64,000 nt of DNA from Candidatus Tectimicrobiota bacterium (lineage in GTDB: Bacteria > JACPUC01), in NCBI GenBank assembly GCA_016192455.1, contig JACPUC010000001.1, positions 186,001-250,000 of the forward strand. The letters are read 5' to 3'. Shown one piece after another: positions 18,710 through 29,059 of this stretch. How positions within the stretch are numbered: position 1 is the first letter of the stretch; each line of letters opens with the position of its first letter. Made by a program: the position numbers and the translations under genes. A model generated the notes under the pieces. That model was given only the letters and a program-made list of their open reading frames with translations, searched no databases and was not told the origin of the DNA.

Positions 18710-20317
18710 ATGCAGCCCTACCCCCAGCGCCCTTCCCTGACCTATCCGGAAATCCCTGTCTCCGCCACCCTCGAGCAGACCGCGGCGAAGCTGCCGGAGA
18801 AGATTGCCGTGGTCGACGGCGAGCGCACGGCGACGTACGGCGAGCTCCGCGCCCAGGCCTGGCGCTGCGCCGCGGCCATGCAGCGCTTGGGGGTGCGCCG
18901 CGGGGATCGCGTCGGGCTGCTGTTGCCGAACAGTCTCGAGTTCATCATCGCCTACTACGGCGCCCTGCGCGCCGGCGCCGTCGTCTCCACCCTGAACCCC
19001 ATGCTCACGGCGCGGGAGCTGGAGTACCAGCTCAACGATGCCGCCTGCGCCGCGCTCATTGCGCACGAGTCGCTCATGCCGAGGGTGCGCGAGGCGGGCG
19101 GGCGCCTCGGCACGCTCCGCCGGCGCATCGTGGTGGGGGAGGAGCACCAGGAGGATGAGTTCCTGTTGCACGACCTCCTGGACGACGCCAGCGGCGCGCA
19201 GCCGGCGCCCCTTGCCCTCGAGGTGCGCCGCGAGCTGGCGGTGCTGCCCTACTCGAGCGGCACCACCGGATTCCCCAAGGGGGTGATGCTGAGCCACTTC
19301 AACCTCGTGGCTAATATGCATCAGTTCGCGCACGCCTGCGAGATACGCGAAAGCGACGTCTTCCTGACGCACCTGCCGCTGTACCACATCTACGGCATGA
19401 ACCTGCTCCTGGGGAGCGCGGTGCTGGTGGGGGCGCGGCAGGTGCTGATGCGCCACTTCACGCCGGAAGCGTGCGCGAGCCTCATTGCCCAGCACCGCTG
19501 CACGCTCCTCTTCACGGTGCCGCCGGTGATCCTCCTGCTCAGCCAGCTTCCCGAGCTGGAGCGCCACGACCTCTCCTCCCTGCGCTACGTCTTCTGCGGC
19601 GCCGCGCCGCTGCCCGTGGAGGTGGCCCAGACCTTCAGCCGGCGCACCGGCCTCCTCCTCAGCGAGGGCTACGGCATGACCGAGACCTCGCCGATGCTCA
19701 TCGCCAACCCGCTGGGGCGCGTCAAGCTCGGCTCCATCGGCACGCTCGTGAGCGACACCGAGCACCGCATCGTGGACGCCGCGCACGGCGAGCGCGAGCT
19801 AGGGGATGACGAGGCGGGCGAGCTCCTGGTGCGGGGTCCCCAGGTGATGCTGGGCTACTGGCGCAACCGGCAGGCGACGGCCGCCTGCCTGCGCCATGGT
19901 TGGTTGGCCACCGGCGACCCGGTGCGGCGCGACGCCGAGGGCTACTTCTCCGCCGTGGAACGCAAGAAGGAGATGATCAAGTACAAGGGCTACCAGGTGG
20001 CGCCGGCGGAGCTTGAGGCGGCGCTCCTCGAGCACCCCGAGGTGCTCGATTGCGCCGTGGTGCGGCTGCCGGACGCCGAGGCGGGCGAGGTGCCGAAGGC
20101 CTTCGTGGTGCGGCGGCCCGGCAGCGCCCTCGACGCCGCCACGCTCATGGGCTTCGTCGCCGCGCGGGTTGCCGCCTACAAGCGGGTGCGCGCGGTGGAG
20201 TTCATCGACGCCATCCCCAAGAGCCCCTCCGGGAAAATCCTGCGCCGCCTGCTCGAGAAGCAGGGCCAGCCGGCCCCAACCTCGCCGCCGCGGGGAGACG
20301 AAACCTCCCTCGCATGA
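18710..20317 (+). CDS. AMP-dependent acyl-CoA ligase (long-chain fatty acid / 4-coumarate-CoA ligase-like)
   Basis: [46 protein letters not shown]. Confidence 0.92.
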   Translation: MQPYPQRPSLTYPEIPVSATLEQTAAKLPEKIAVVDGERTATYGELRAQAWRCAAAMQRLGVRRGDRVGLLLPNSLEFIIAYYGALRAGAVVSTLNPMLTARELEYQLNDAACAALIAHESLMPRVREAGGRLGTLRRRIVVGEEHQEDEFLLHDLLDDASGAQPAPLALEVRRELAVLPYSSGTTGFPKGVMLSHFNLVANMHQFAHACEIRESDVFLTHLPLYHIYGMNLLLGSAVLVGARQVLMRHFTPEACASLIAQHRCTLLFTVPPVILLLSQLPELERHDLSSLRYVFCGAAPLPVEVAQTFSRRTGLLLSEGYGMTETSPMLIANPLGRVKLGSIGTLVSDTEHRIVDAAHGERELGDDEAGELLVRGPQVMLGYWRNRQATAACLRHGWLATGDPVRRDAEGYFSAVERKKEMIKYKGYQVAPAELEAALLEHPEVLDCAVVRLPDAEAGEVPKAFVVRRPGSALDAATLMGFVAARVAAYKRVRAVEFIDAIPKSPSGKILRRLLEKQGQPAPTSPPRGDETSLA

Positions 20318-20372
20318 CGCTGTTTCACCGACCCCTCCTCAGCCGCGCGCAGCGGCGGCGGCCGGGGCGCAA

Positions 20373-20401
20373 TTGACGCCGCCGTGCCCGCTTTCTATAC
20401 T
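20373..20401 (+). promoter_or_regulatory. Sigma70 promoter for nuoB
   Basis: TTGACG-N17-TATACT. Confidence 0.75.
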
Positions 20402-20519
20402 TGGGATGACGAGCGCGGCCGCGCGGACGAGAAGCGGATGCCCAGCTTGGCGACGTAGGGTGGGGAGCGGCTTGCGCCTGCCGCGGCTCAACTTCGCAGG
20501 AAGGAGAGAGGAGCCTCTC

Positions 20520-21065
20520 ATGGGATACCTCGAGGCACAATATAAAGAGGAACCCTTCTTCACCACGACCATTGACAAGGTGGTGAACTGGGCGCGGTCA
20601 TCGTCGCTCTGGCCGATGACGTTCGGCATCTCGTGCTGCGCCATTGAGATGATGGCCACCGGCGCCTCGCGCTTCGACCTGGACCGGCTGGGGGTGATCT
20701 TCCGGGCGACGCCGCGCCAGTCCGACCTGATGATCGTGGCCGGCACCGTGACGTACAAGATGGCGCCGGTGGTGCGCAAGGTGTACGACCAGATGCCCGA
20801 GCCCCGCTGGGTGATTGCCATGGGGGGATGCACGGTGTCCGGCGGACCGTTCCCGACCTACAGCGTGCTGCAGGGGATCGACTACGTGGTGCCGGTGGAT
20901 GTGCACGTGCCGGGGTGCGCGCCGCGGCCCGAGGCGCTCCTCTACGGCATCCTCATGCTGCAGAAGAAAATCCAGGAGAGCCGCCCCGGCATCCTGGAGA
21001 TGATCCGGGGCAGCCTGCAGCGCTACAAGGAGAGCAAGCTCCTGCGCCCGCTCGCCAAGGCGTGA
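20520..21065 (+). CDS. nuoB: NADH-quinone oxidoreductase subunit B (stand-alone)
   Basis: [42 protein letters not shown] (N2 cluster ligands). Confidence 0.95.
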   Translation: MGYLEAQYKEEPFFTTTIDKVVNWARSSSLWPMTFGISCCAIEMMATGASRFDLDRLGVIFRATPRQSDLMIVAGTVTYKMAPVVRKVYDQMPEPRWVIAMGGCTVSGGPFPTYSVLQGIDYVVPVDVHVPGCAPRPEALLYGILMLQKKIQESRPGILEMIRGSLQRYKESKLLRPLAKA

Positions 21066-21371
21066 GCATGGCGCATCTCCCCGCTTTCCGCCCCCCCTGA
21101 TGATCCCAGGTGTGCGCGAGGAGTGGGGTATTCACCTCGTAGCCCGCGGCCCCAGGCGCCAGTGGCGAGCCTCATGCGCGGCGCTGGCGCGGCCGTTGTC
21201 CCACCTCGCCGGCGACGCCCCCTTCCCCCCAGCAAGGCGACGCAGCCCTCCTGCCGCAAGCTCGCGGCTTTCGCCAGGAACCTTCCCGGCGAAAGGCGCC
21301 CTGCCGCGGCGAAGCCGTGACCCCTCCCGCCGCCGCCATCTCCAGCGGCCAAACTGAACTGGGTATGCTGG

Positions 21372-21400
21372 TTGACGCAGCGTAGGACATCCTGTAAGCT
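21372..21400 (+). promoter_or_regulatory. Sigma70 promoter of the TRAP locus with a palindromic operator in the spacer
   Basis: TTGACG-N17-TAAGCT; AGGA-CA-TCCT inverted repeat at 21384-21393. Confidence 0.6.
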
Positions 21401-21489
21401 GACTCCCATGCGGGTGCACATCTCGCCGTTCTCCTACCTCCTGATCGTCCGAGGACCAGTGCGCCCGGTCGATCCGAAGGAGAAGACGC

Positions 21490-22521
21490 ATGCAGACGCT
21501 TAGTCGTGGAACGATAGCTGCCCTGCTTAGCCTCGCCCTCGCTTTTCTTCTCTTTCCCGCTGCCGTCTTCAGCGCCGAGTTCACGATGAAGTGCGGCACG
21601 CCTGGCGCGGCGACCGATCCTCTCACGAAGCAAGTGGAGTGGGGCCTGAAGGAGATCGAGAAGCGCTCGAATGGCCGCATTACGGGTCGCGTCTTTCCGG
21701 CCTCGCAGCTTGGCGGCAACATTCAGATGATCGAGCAGTTGCAGCTCGGCACGCTGGAGTGCACGAACGGCGCGGTGGCTTTCCTGAGCGGCGCCTACCC
21801 GCCGGTGACCATCTTCGACCTCCCCTTCGTCTTCCCCGATGACCCCGAGGTCATGCGCAAGGTCCTGAAGGAGGGCAAGAGCGCGCGCTGGCTGCTCGAT
21901 GACATGCAGCGGGTGGGCCTGAAGGGCTTGGCCTTCCATACCAGCGGGTACAAGCAGTTCACCACCAACAAGCCGGTGCGCAAGCTGGAGGACATGCGAG
22001 GCATCAAGTTCCGCTCCATGACCTCGCCCATCCTGCTCGAGCAGTTCAAGTCGCTGGGCGCCAACGCCGTGCCGGTCGCCTTCGCGGAGACCTACAGCGC
22101 CTTGCAGACCGGCGTCGCCGAGGGCCAGGAGAACCCCTACTGGGCCACCCATAAGATGAAGTTCTTCGAGGTCCAGAAGTACCTGATTCAGACCAACCAC
22201 GGGGTCATCATCTCGCACGTCCTGGCCAGCAAGAAGTGGTGGGATCGCCTCCCCGCCGACCTGGGGAAGATCGTGCGCGAGGTCTTCGTCGACGCCGAGG
22301 AGGTTTTCTGGAACGAGAGCATGAAAGCCGACGAGGAGGCGATCCAGGTCATGAAGAAGGCGGGGCTGCAGTTCATCAAGCTTGCTCCCGAGGAGCGGGC
22401 GCGCTTCCGCAAGGCCACCGAGGGGGTGAAGAATGTCTACATCAACCGTATCGAGAAGGGCAAGATGCTGCTTGACATGCTGGAAGCCGACATCGCCTCG
22501 TTCGCAAAGCAGGGGAAATAG
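21490..22521 (+). CDS. dctP: TRAP transporter substrate-binding protein, copy 1
   Basis: FPASQLG, DLPF, KFRSM (conserved Arg), ETYSALQTGVAEGQENP. Confidence 0.95.
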   Translation: MQTLSRGTIAALLSLALAFLLFPAAVFSAEFTMKCGTPGAATDPLTKQVEWGLKEIEKRSNGRITGRVFPASQLGGNIQMIEQLQLGTLECTNGAVAFLSGAYPPVTIFDLPFVFPDDPEVMRKVLKEGKSARWLLDDMQRVGLKGLAFHTSGYKQFTTNKPVRKLEDMRGIKFRSMTSPILLEQFKSLGANAVPVAFAETYSALQTGVAEGQENPYWATHKMKFFEVQKYLIQTNHGVIISHVLASKKWWDRLPADLGKIVREVFVDAEEVFWNESMKADEEAIQVMKKAGLQFIKLAPEERARFRKATEGVKNVYINRIEKGKMLLDMLEADIASFAKQGK

Positions 22522-22537
22522 TAGCAACGGCGGAGCG

Positions 22538-22557
22538 CCTGTCTGCCGACAGGCAGG
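22538..22557. repeat. REP-like palindrome
   Basis: CCTGTCTGCCGACAGGCAGG, same arms as the hairpin at 670-696. Confidence 0.55.
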
Positions 22558-22611
22558 CCTGAGGAGGCGCTGTCGCTAGCGGCGGCAACCTCGCGCAAAA
22601 GGAACCTGGCC

Positions 22612-23634
22612 ATGTGGAGAATGCTCTGGAAGAGTGCGCTCGTGCTGGCGAGCGTCAGCATCCTCGTGGGAGCTGGTCCCGCTGCCGTCTTCAGCGCCGA
22701 GTTCACGATGAAGTGCGGCACGCCTGGCGCGGCGACCGATCCTCTCACGAAGCAAGTGGAGTGGGGCCTGAAGGAGATCGAAAAGCGCTCGACTGGCCGC
22801 ATTACGGGCAAGGTCTTTCCGGCCTCGCAGCTTGGCGGCAACATTCAGATGATCGAGCAGTTGCAGCTTGGCACGCTGGAGTGCACGAACGGCGCGGTGG
22901 CTTTCCTGAGCGGCGCCTACCCGCCGGTGACCATCTTCGACCTCCCCTTCGTCTTTCCCGAGAACCCCGAGGTCACCCGCAAGGTTGTGAAGGAAGGCAA
23001 GACCGCGCAGTGGCTTCTCGATGACATGGGTCGGGTTGGGCTCCAGGGCCTGGCCTTCCACGCCTCGAGCTACAAGCAGTTCACCACCAACAAGCCGGTG
23101 CGCAAGCTCGATGACATGTCGGGCATCAAGTTCCGCACCATGGCCTCGCCCATCCTCCTCGAGCAGTTCAAGTCGCTGGGCGCCAACGCCGTGCCGATCG
23201 CCTTCGCGGAGACCTACAGCGCCCTGCAAACCGGCGTCGCCGAGGGGCAGGAGAACCCCTACTGGGCCACCCATAAGATGAAGTTCTTCGAGGTCCAGAA
23301 GTACCTCATCGAGAGCAACCATGGGGTCACTGTCACGCACGTCCTGGCCAGCAAGAAGTGGTGGGATCGCCTGCCGGCCGACCTGCGCAAGATCGTGCGT
23401 GAGGTCTTCCGCGAGGCAGAGGAGGTCTACTGGCAAGAAAACCAGAAAGCCGACGAGGAAGCGATCAAGATCATGAAGGCAGCGGGGCTGCAGTTCATCA
23501 AGCTTGCTCCCGAGGAGCGGCTGCGCTTCCGCAAGGCAACGGAGAAGGTGAAGAACGTCTACATCAACCGCATCGAGAAGGGCAAGATGCTGGTTGATAT
23601 GCTGGAAGCCGACATCGCCGCGTTCTCCAAGTAA
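22612..23634 (+). CDS. dctP: TRAP transporter substrate-binding protein, copy 2
   Basis: Close paralog of copy 1 with the same motifs. Confidence 0.95.
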   Translation: MWRMLWKSALVLASVSILVGAGPAAVFSAEFTMKCGTPGAATDPLTKQVEWGLKEIEKRSTGRITGKVFPASQLGGNIQMIEQLQLGTLECTNGAVAFLSGAYPPVTIFDLPFVFPENPEVTRKVVKEGKTAQWLLDDMGRVGLQGLAFHASSYKQFTTNKPVRKLDDMSGIKFRTMASPILLEQFKSLGANAVPIAFAETYSALQTGVAEGQENPYWATHKMKFFEVQKYLIESNHGVTVTHVLASKKWWDRLPADLRKIVREVFREAEEVYWQENQKADEEAIKIMKAAGLQFIKLAPEERLRFRKATEKVKNVYINRIEKGKMLVDMLEADIAAFSK

Positions 23635-23715
23635 GGGAGTGAGCAGCAACGGACCGGCGCCCGAGACGGCGCGATCAGTCTAGGCAGCACTCTGGTGCAG
23701 GGAAGGAGACCGTGT

Positions 23716-24741
23716 ATGTGGAGAATCCTGTGGAAAATTGCGCTCGTTCTCGTCAGTCTGAGCCTCCTCGTTGGATTCGGTCCGGCGGCCAGCTACGGCG
23801 CCGAGTTCACGATGAAGTGCGGCACGCCGGGGGCGGCGGACGATGCCACCAGCACCCAGGCGGCATGGTCGATGAAAGAGATCGAAAAGCGCACCAACGG
23901 CCGCGTCACCGGCAAGCTCTTCCCGGCCTCGCAGCTTGGCCCCAACATCCAGATGATCGAGCAGTTGCAGCTCGGCACCCTGGAATGCACGTCCGGCGCG
24001 GTGGCCTTCCTGAGCGGCGCTTACCCGCCGGTGACCATCTTCGACCTCCCCTTCGTCTTCCCCGATAACCCCGAGGTCATGCGCAAGGTCCTGAAGGAGG
24101 GCAAGAGCGCGCGTTGGCTGCTCGATGACATGCAGCGGATGGGCCTGAAGGGCCTGGCCTTCCATACCACCGGCTACAAGCAGTTCACCACCAACAAGCC
24201 GGTGCGCAAGCTCGAGGAGATGGCGGGCATCAAGTTCCGCACCATGGCCTCGCCCATCCTGCTCGAGCAGTTCAAGTCGCTGGGCTCCAACGCCGTGCCG
24301 ATCGCCTTCGCGGAGACCTACAGCGCCCTGCAGACCGGTGTCGCCGAGGGCCAGGAGAACCCCTACTGGGCCATCCATAAGATGAAGTTCTTCGAGGTCC
24401 AGAAGTACCTCATCGAGAGCGACCATGGGGTGATCGTCATCTATGACCTGGTGAGCAAGAAGTGGTGGGACCGCCTCCCCGCCGATCTGCAGAAGATCAT
24501 TCAGGAGGTGTTCATCGAGGCGGAGAAGGTCACCTGGGCTGAGAGCAAGAAGACCGACGAGGAAGCGATCCAGATTATGAAGAAGGCGGGGCTGCAGTTC
24601 ATCAAGATTTCCCCGGAGGAGCGGGCGCGCTTCCGCAAGGCCACCGCGGGGGTGAAGAACGTCTACGTCAACCGCATCGAGAAGGGCAAGATGCTGGTCG
24701 ACCTGCTCGAGGCGGATATTGCGAAGTTCTCCAAGATGTAG
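23716..24741 (+). CDS. dctP: TRAP transporter substrate-binding protein, copy 3
   Basis: Close paralog; GGAG RBS; MWRILWK start parallels copy 2. Confidence 0.95.
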   Translation: MWRILWKIALVLVSLSLLVGFGPAASYGAEFTMKCGTPGAADDATSTQAAWSMKEIEKRTNGRVTGKLFPASQLGPNIQMIEQLQLGTLECTSGAVAFLSGAYPPVTIFDLPFVFPDNPEVMRKVLKEGKSARWLLDDMQRMGLKGLAFHTTGYKQFTTNKPVRKLEEMAGIKFRTMASPILLEQFKSLGSNAVPIAFAETYSALQTGVAEGQENPYWAIHKMKFFEVQKYLIESDHGVIVIYDLVSKKWWDRLPADLQKIIQEVFIEAEKVTWAESKKTDEEAIQIMKKAGLQFIKISPEERARFRKATAGVKNVYVNRIEKGKMLVDLLEADIAKFSKM

Positions 24742-25275
24742 GTGGGGTGCGCGCCGCCGTTGTAAAAGCTGACGTGTCAGTGCTGTGGCGGCGGAGAACC
24801 TGGCGGCCAGGTCTCCACCGCAAGGTGTCGGGGCCGAGGGACAACGGGGCTTCGCAGCGCGTTTTCCGCGAAGCCCCGTTCAGCGTGAGCGCCGGCGTGA
24901 GGGAGGGGATGTCAAGCTTCGCGCGACGGCTTGCGCGCCGCCGACCTAGGATGCTCGCTGGGCGCCGGCTGCCAACGGTCCCCACGATTCAGGGTTCCGG
25001 GGGCGGGGGCTGGATGCGCGCAGCAGGTGACGGCAGGTCTTCGCCTTTTTGAGATCGTCCAGAGAGAGCCTCGAGGGGCTGTACGTCCTGGAGTACGCTC
25101 GGCGAGGGGACGCAGCGTCAGCCCCTGCCAGCCGCGGGCTTTCTCCACTCTCACCTCGAAACGTGGAATGCCTTCAAGCCGCGGCCAGGAAGCTCGGCCG
25201 GCAGGAGCCCCGCGGCATGCTCGCATTCTGCACAGCGTGTTCCCCACTGGCTTTGTAGGGAGCCTGGTAAGCGCG

Positions 25276-25779
25276 ATGCTCCAGAAACTTGATCGGTTCC
25301 TCAGCCGTCTTGAACGGGTCGTCATCGGCACCGCCCTCCTCCTCATGACGGCCATCACCTTCGTCAACACGATGCTGCGCTATGTGTTTGGCGTCACCTT
25401 CCACTGGGCGGAGGATACCTCCGTCTTCCTGATGATCTGCATGACGTTCTTTGCCGGAGCCTATGGCACGCGCCTGAACAGCCACATCACCATGAACGCG
25501 CTCTACGACACCGTCCCTCGCCGGGTGAGAAAGGTCCTCTACGCCGGCGGCCTCTTCATCTGCGGGCTCGCCTCGATCTTCCTCGTGCTCATGAGCTGGC
25601 AGGTCACCCGGACGATCTATGAGATGAAGGGAGAGATCGCCGCGATAGGCATTCCCGCCTACTGGCCCTACCTGGTCTCGTCCGTCGGCATCCTCTTCAT
25701 GAGCATCCATTTCATTCAGCTCGTGGCGCGCTTCCTGCGTACCGGCAACATCGACGACACCCTCGAAAACAGGGAGTAA
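25276..25779 (+). CDS. dctQ: TRAP small permease
   Basis: Four TM helices, RYVF...WAED, SHITM motifs. Confidence 0.9.
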   Translation: MLQKLDRFLSRLERVVIGTALLLMTAITFVNTMLRYVFGVTFHWAEDTSVFLMICMTFFAGAYGTRLNSHITMNALYDTVPRRVRKVLYAGGLFICGLASIFLVLMSWQVTRTIYEMKGEIAAIGIPAYWPYLVSSVGILFMSIHFIQLVARFLRTGNIDDTLENRE

Positions 25780-25785
25780 TCCGCC

Positions 25786-27072
25786 GTGGTGCTCCTCTTG
25801 GCGATCCTCGCGGCGGCGCTGCTCGTGATCGGCGTCCCCTTCTTCGTCAGCCTGATGCTCCCGGTCGCCGCGGCGCTCTCCGTTTACCTGCCGCATGTCG
25901 GCACGAACATCGTGTTCCACAAGATGTTCGGCGGCCTCACGACCTTCGCGCTGCTGGCGATTCCCTTCTTCATTTTCACCGCGGATATCATCGTGCGCGG
26001 CACCATGGCGCGCCGCCTGGTGGAGTTCGTGCTCTGTCTCGTCGGCCACCTGCCGGGAGGCCTGGCGATGACCACCATCGTGAGCTGCACCTTCTTCGGC
26101 GCCGTCTCCGGCTCGACGCAGGCCACCGTGGCGGCGATCGGCGGCATCATGTATCCGGCCATGCTCCAGGCGGGATACCGGAGGCCGTTTGTCCTCGGCC
26201 TCATCGTCAACTCCAGCGATATCGCCCTGCTCATCCCGCCGAGCATCGCCATGATCATCTTTGGCGTGGTCACGAATACCTCCGTCGGCACGCTCTTCAT
26301 TGCCGGCATCGGCCCGGGCATCACGCTGGCGCTGGCGTTCATGGTGTATGCCTACTTCCGCGCTAGGAAGTACAACATTCCCACCCGCCCGCGCGCCACG
26401 CTGCCGCAGCTTCGCCATGCGTTTCTCGAAACGCTGTGGGGGCTTGGCATCCCCCTCATCATCATCGGCGGCATTTACGGGGGCGTGTTCACCCCCACCG
26501 AAGCCGCCGGCGTGTCAGCGGTCTACGCCATCTTCGTGGAGGTCGTCATCTACCGCAGCCTGAGCATCGGCGACGTGTACGGCGTGGCGGTGAAGACCGC
26601 CACGGTCACCGGCGTGATCTTCCTCGTGGTGGCGGCGGCCTCGGCGTTGACCTGGCTCCTCATTGTCTCAGGCGTGCCCCAGGCCCTCACCGAAGCCGTC
26701 GTCACCTATGTGCCGTCGCCGATCCTTTTCTTGATGATGATGAATCTCGTCCTCTTCATTGCCTGCATGCTCATCGACCCGATCTCGGTCATCCTCATCT
26801 TCATGCCGATCTTCTTCCCGGCGGCGGAGAAGATGGGCATTCACCCCATCCATCTCGGCATCCTGGTGGTGACGAACATCGCCATCGGCAGCGCCACGCC
26901 CCCCTTCGGCGTGGACCTCTTCACCGCCAGCTCTATCTTTAAGGTGCGCTTTTCCGAGATTGTCCCCGGCGCCGTGCCCTTCGTCGGCGTCGCCGTCATC
27001 GTCCTGATCATCATCACCTACGTGCCGGATATCGCCCTCTTCCTACCGAGGACCCTATTCGGTGTCAGGTGA
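25786..27072 (+). CDS. dctM: TRAP large permease, copy 1
   Basis: LLAIPFF, FFGAVSGS, LIPPSI, FTPTEA, TPPFG. Confidence 0.95.
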   Translation: MVLLLAILAAALLVIGVPFFVSLMLPVAAALSVYLPHVGTNIVFHKMFGGLTTFALLAIPFFIFTADIIVRGTMARRLVEFVLCLVGHLPGGLAMTTIVSCTFFGAVSGSTQATVAAIGGIMYPAMLQAGYRRPFVLGLIVNSSDIALLIPPSIAMIIFGVVTNTSVGTLFIAGIGPGITLALAFMVYAYFRARKYNIPTRPRATLPQLRHAFLETLWGLGIPLIIIGGIYGGVFTPTEAAGVSAVYAIFVEVVIYRSLSIGDVYGVAVKTATVTGVIFLVVAAASALTWLLIVSGVPQALTEAVVTYVPSPILFLMMMNLVLFIACMLIDPISVILIFMPIFFPAAEKMGIHPIHLGILVVTNIAIGSATPPFGVDLFTASSIFKVRFSEIVPGAVPFVGVAVIVLIIITYVPDIALFLPRTLFGVR

Positions 27073-27195
27073 CCGCAGCGCCTGCACACCGGCCCCCCCG
27101 CCCCAGCGGCAGGCCGAGGGGCCGTTCCGTGCGCGGGCGCCATGCATGCTCCGCCCCCTCTGCGGTTGGAGGCGAAAAGACCCGTTTGCCCAATC

Positions 27196-27300
27196 TCGGC
27201 CCTTGCTCCATGAATAGCCCTTTCCTTTAGCTCCGTTCCGTTCCTCGAGGGCTCCTTTCGCACCAGAAACGTTCCCAACCCCAGAATAGAGAGGGAGTAA
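27196..27300 (+). pseudogene. Decayed 3' remnant of a second dctQ
   Basis: Aligns to the dctQ 3' end (ATG AAT AGC CCT TTC CTT TAG CTC versus ATG AGC ATC CAT TTC ATT CAG CTC; RTRNV...RE* versus RTGNI...RE*); the following AGGGAGTAATCCGCCGTG junction is identical. Confidence 0.7.
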
Positions 27301-27306
27301 TCCGCC

Positions 27307-28593
27307 GTGGTGCTTCTCTTGGCGATCCTTGCGGCGGCGCTGCTGGTGATCGGCGTCCCCTTCTTCGTCAGCCTGATGCTCCCGGTCGCCGTGGCGCTCT
27401 CCGTCTACCTGCCGCATATCCCCACGAACATTGTGTTCCACAAGATGTTCGGCGGCCTGACGCCATTTGCCCTGCTGGCGGTTCCGTTCTTCATCTTCGC
27501 GGCGGATATCATCGTGCGCGGCACGATGGCGCGCCGCCTGGTGGATTTCGTGCTCTGTCTCGTCGGCCACCTGCCGGGGGGCTTGGCGATGACCACCATC
27601 GTGAGCTGCACCTTCTTCGGCGCCGTCTCCGGATCGACGCAGGCCACCGTGGCGGCGATCGGCGGCATCATGTATCCGGCCATGCTCCAGGCGGGATACC
27701 GGAAATCGTTCGTCCTCGGCCTCATGGTCGACGCCAGCGACATCGCCCTGCTCATCCCGCCCAGCATCTCGATGATCATCTTCGGCGTGGTTACGAATAC
27801 CTCCGTCGGCGCCCTCTTCATCGCCGGCATCGGCCCGGGCATCACGCTGGCGCTGGCGTTCATGGTGTATGCCTTCTTCGACTCCAGGAAGTACAAGATT
27901 CCCACCCGCCCGCGCGCCACCTTGGCGCAGCTTCTCCATGCGTTTCTCGAAACGCTCTGGGGGCTTGGCATCCCCCTCATCATCATCGGCGGCATTTACG
28001 GGGGCGTGTTCACCCCCACGGAAGCCGCCGGCGTGTCAGCGGTCTACGCCATCTTCGTGGAGGTCGTCATCTACCGCAGCCTCACCCTGAGGGACGTTTA
28101 CAACGTGGCGGTGAAGACCGCCACGGTCACCGGCGTGATCTTCCTCGTCGTGGCATCGGCCTCGGCGGTAGCCTGGCTCCTCATTGTCTCCGGCGTCCCG
28201 CAGGCCATCACCGCAGCCGTTGTCACCCACGTGCCGTCACCTCTCCTCTTCCTGATGCTGATGAATTTCATTCTCTTCATCGCCTGCATGCTCATCGACC
28301 CGATCTCGGTCATCCTCATCTTCATGCCGATCTTCGCCCCAGCGGCCGAGCAGATGGGCATTCACCCCGTCCATCTCGGCATCCTCGTGGTGACGAACAT
28401 CGCCATCGGTTCCGCCACGCCCCCCTTCGGCGTGGACCTCTTCACCGCGGTCTCCATCTTCAAGGTGCGCTTCTCCGAGGTTGCCCGCGGCGCCCTGCCC
28501 TTCGTCGGCGTCGCCGTCATCGTCCTGATCATCATCACCTATGTGCCGGACATCGCCCTCTTCCTTCCCCGGCTCCTGATGGGCATCAAGTGA
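27307..28593 (+). CDS. dctM: TRAP large permease, copy 2
   Basis: Same length (428 aa) as copy 1 and highly similar. Confidence 0.95.
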   Translation: MVLLLAILAAALLVIGVPFFVSLMLPVAVALSVYLPHIPTNIVFHKMFGGLTPFALLAVPFFIFAADIIVRGTMARRLVDFVLCLVGHLPGGLAMTTIVSCTFFGAVSGSTQATVAAIGGIMYPAMLQAGYRKSFVLGLMVDASDIALLIPPSISMIIFGVVTNTSVGALFIAGIGPGITLALAFMVYAFFDSRKYKIPTRPRATLAQLLHAFLETLWGLGIPLIIIGGIYGGVFTPTEAAGVSAVYAIFVEVVIYRSLTLRDVYNVAVKTATVTGVIFLVVASASAVAWLLIVSGVPQAITAAVVTHVPSPLLFLMLMNFILFIACMLIDPISVILIFMPIFAPAAEQMGIHPVHLGILVVTNIAIGSATPPFGVDLFTAVSIFKVRFSEVARGALPFVGVAVIVLIIITYVPDIALFLPRLLMGIK

Positions 28594-29059
28594 GGGGCCC
28601 CCAGCCGCGCGCGGCGCCTCGGGGTGTCTCTCCTCTCTTCGTTCCATCCTTCGGTTGACGGGAGGGCAGCGGCATGTCGGCGCCAGGACCGTGCCTCCTC
28701 GCCTGTCCACGGAGTTGGCGCGCGCGGCACGGAGCCAGGGCCGCCCCGGTCGCGCCAGCGCTCCATGTTCGCCGCGCGCAGGAGTGGCCGGCGGCGGTGA
28801 TCCGCCCACCAGGCGGGCGAGCCGCGCGCGTGGCTTCACGTTCAACAGGGAATGAAGGTGTGGCCGGGTAGGTAAACGAAAAGCAACGACATGCCGGGAG
28901 CCACGACCGCCTGGAGGGGGATGCGCGCGCCAGGATCGCGCTTGCTGCGCAGCACCAACTCTCTCAGCTCCCGGCAGGGTGCAGAGCCAAAGTGACGCGC
29001 GCTCTCCGCCGTGGCGGATCGCGGCAGGCTCACGCCAGGCGGTCCGTCACGCCGCCCCC

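Noticed and set aside
21068-21100. Short ORF MAHLPAFRPP after nuoB as a nuoC remnant
   Set aside because: Too short and no similarity to NuoC that I can recognise
24742-25275. Long dctP-dctQ spacer as a riboswitch or ncRNA
   Set aside because: Several GC hairpins but no recognisable conserved RNA motif; an Rfam search would be needed
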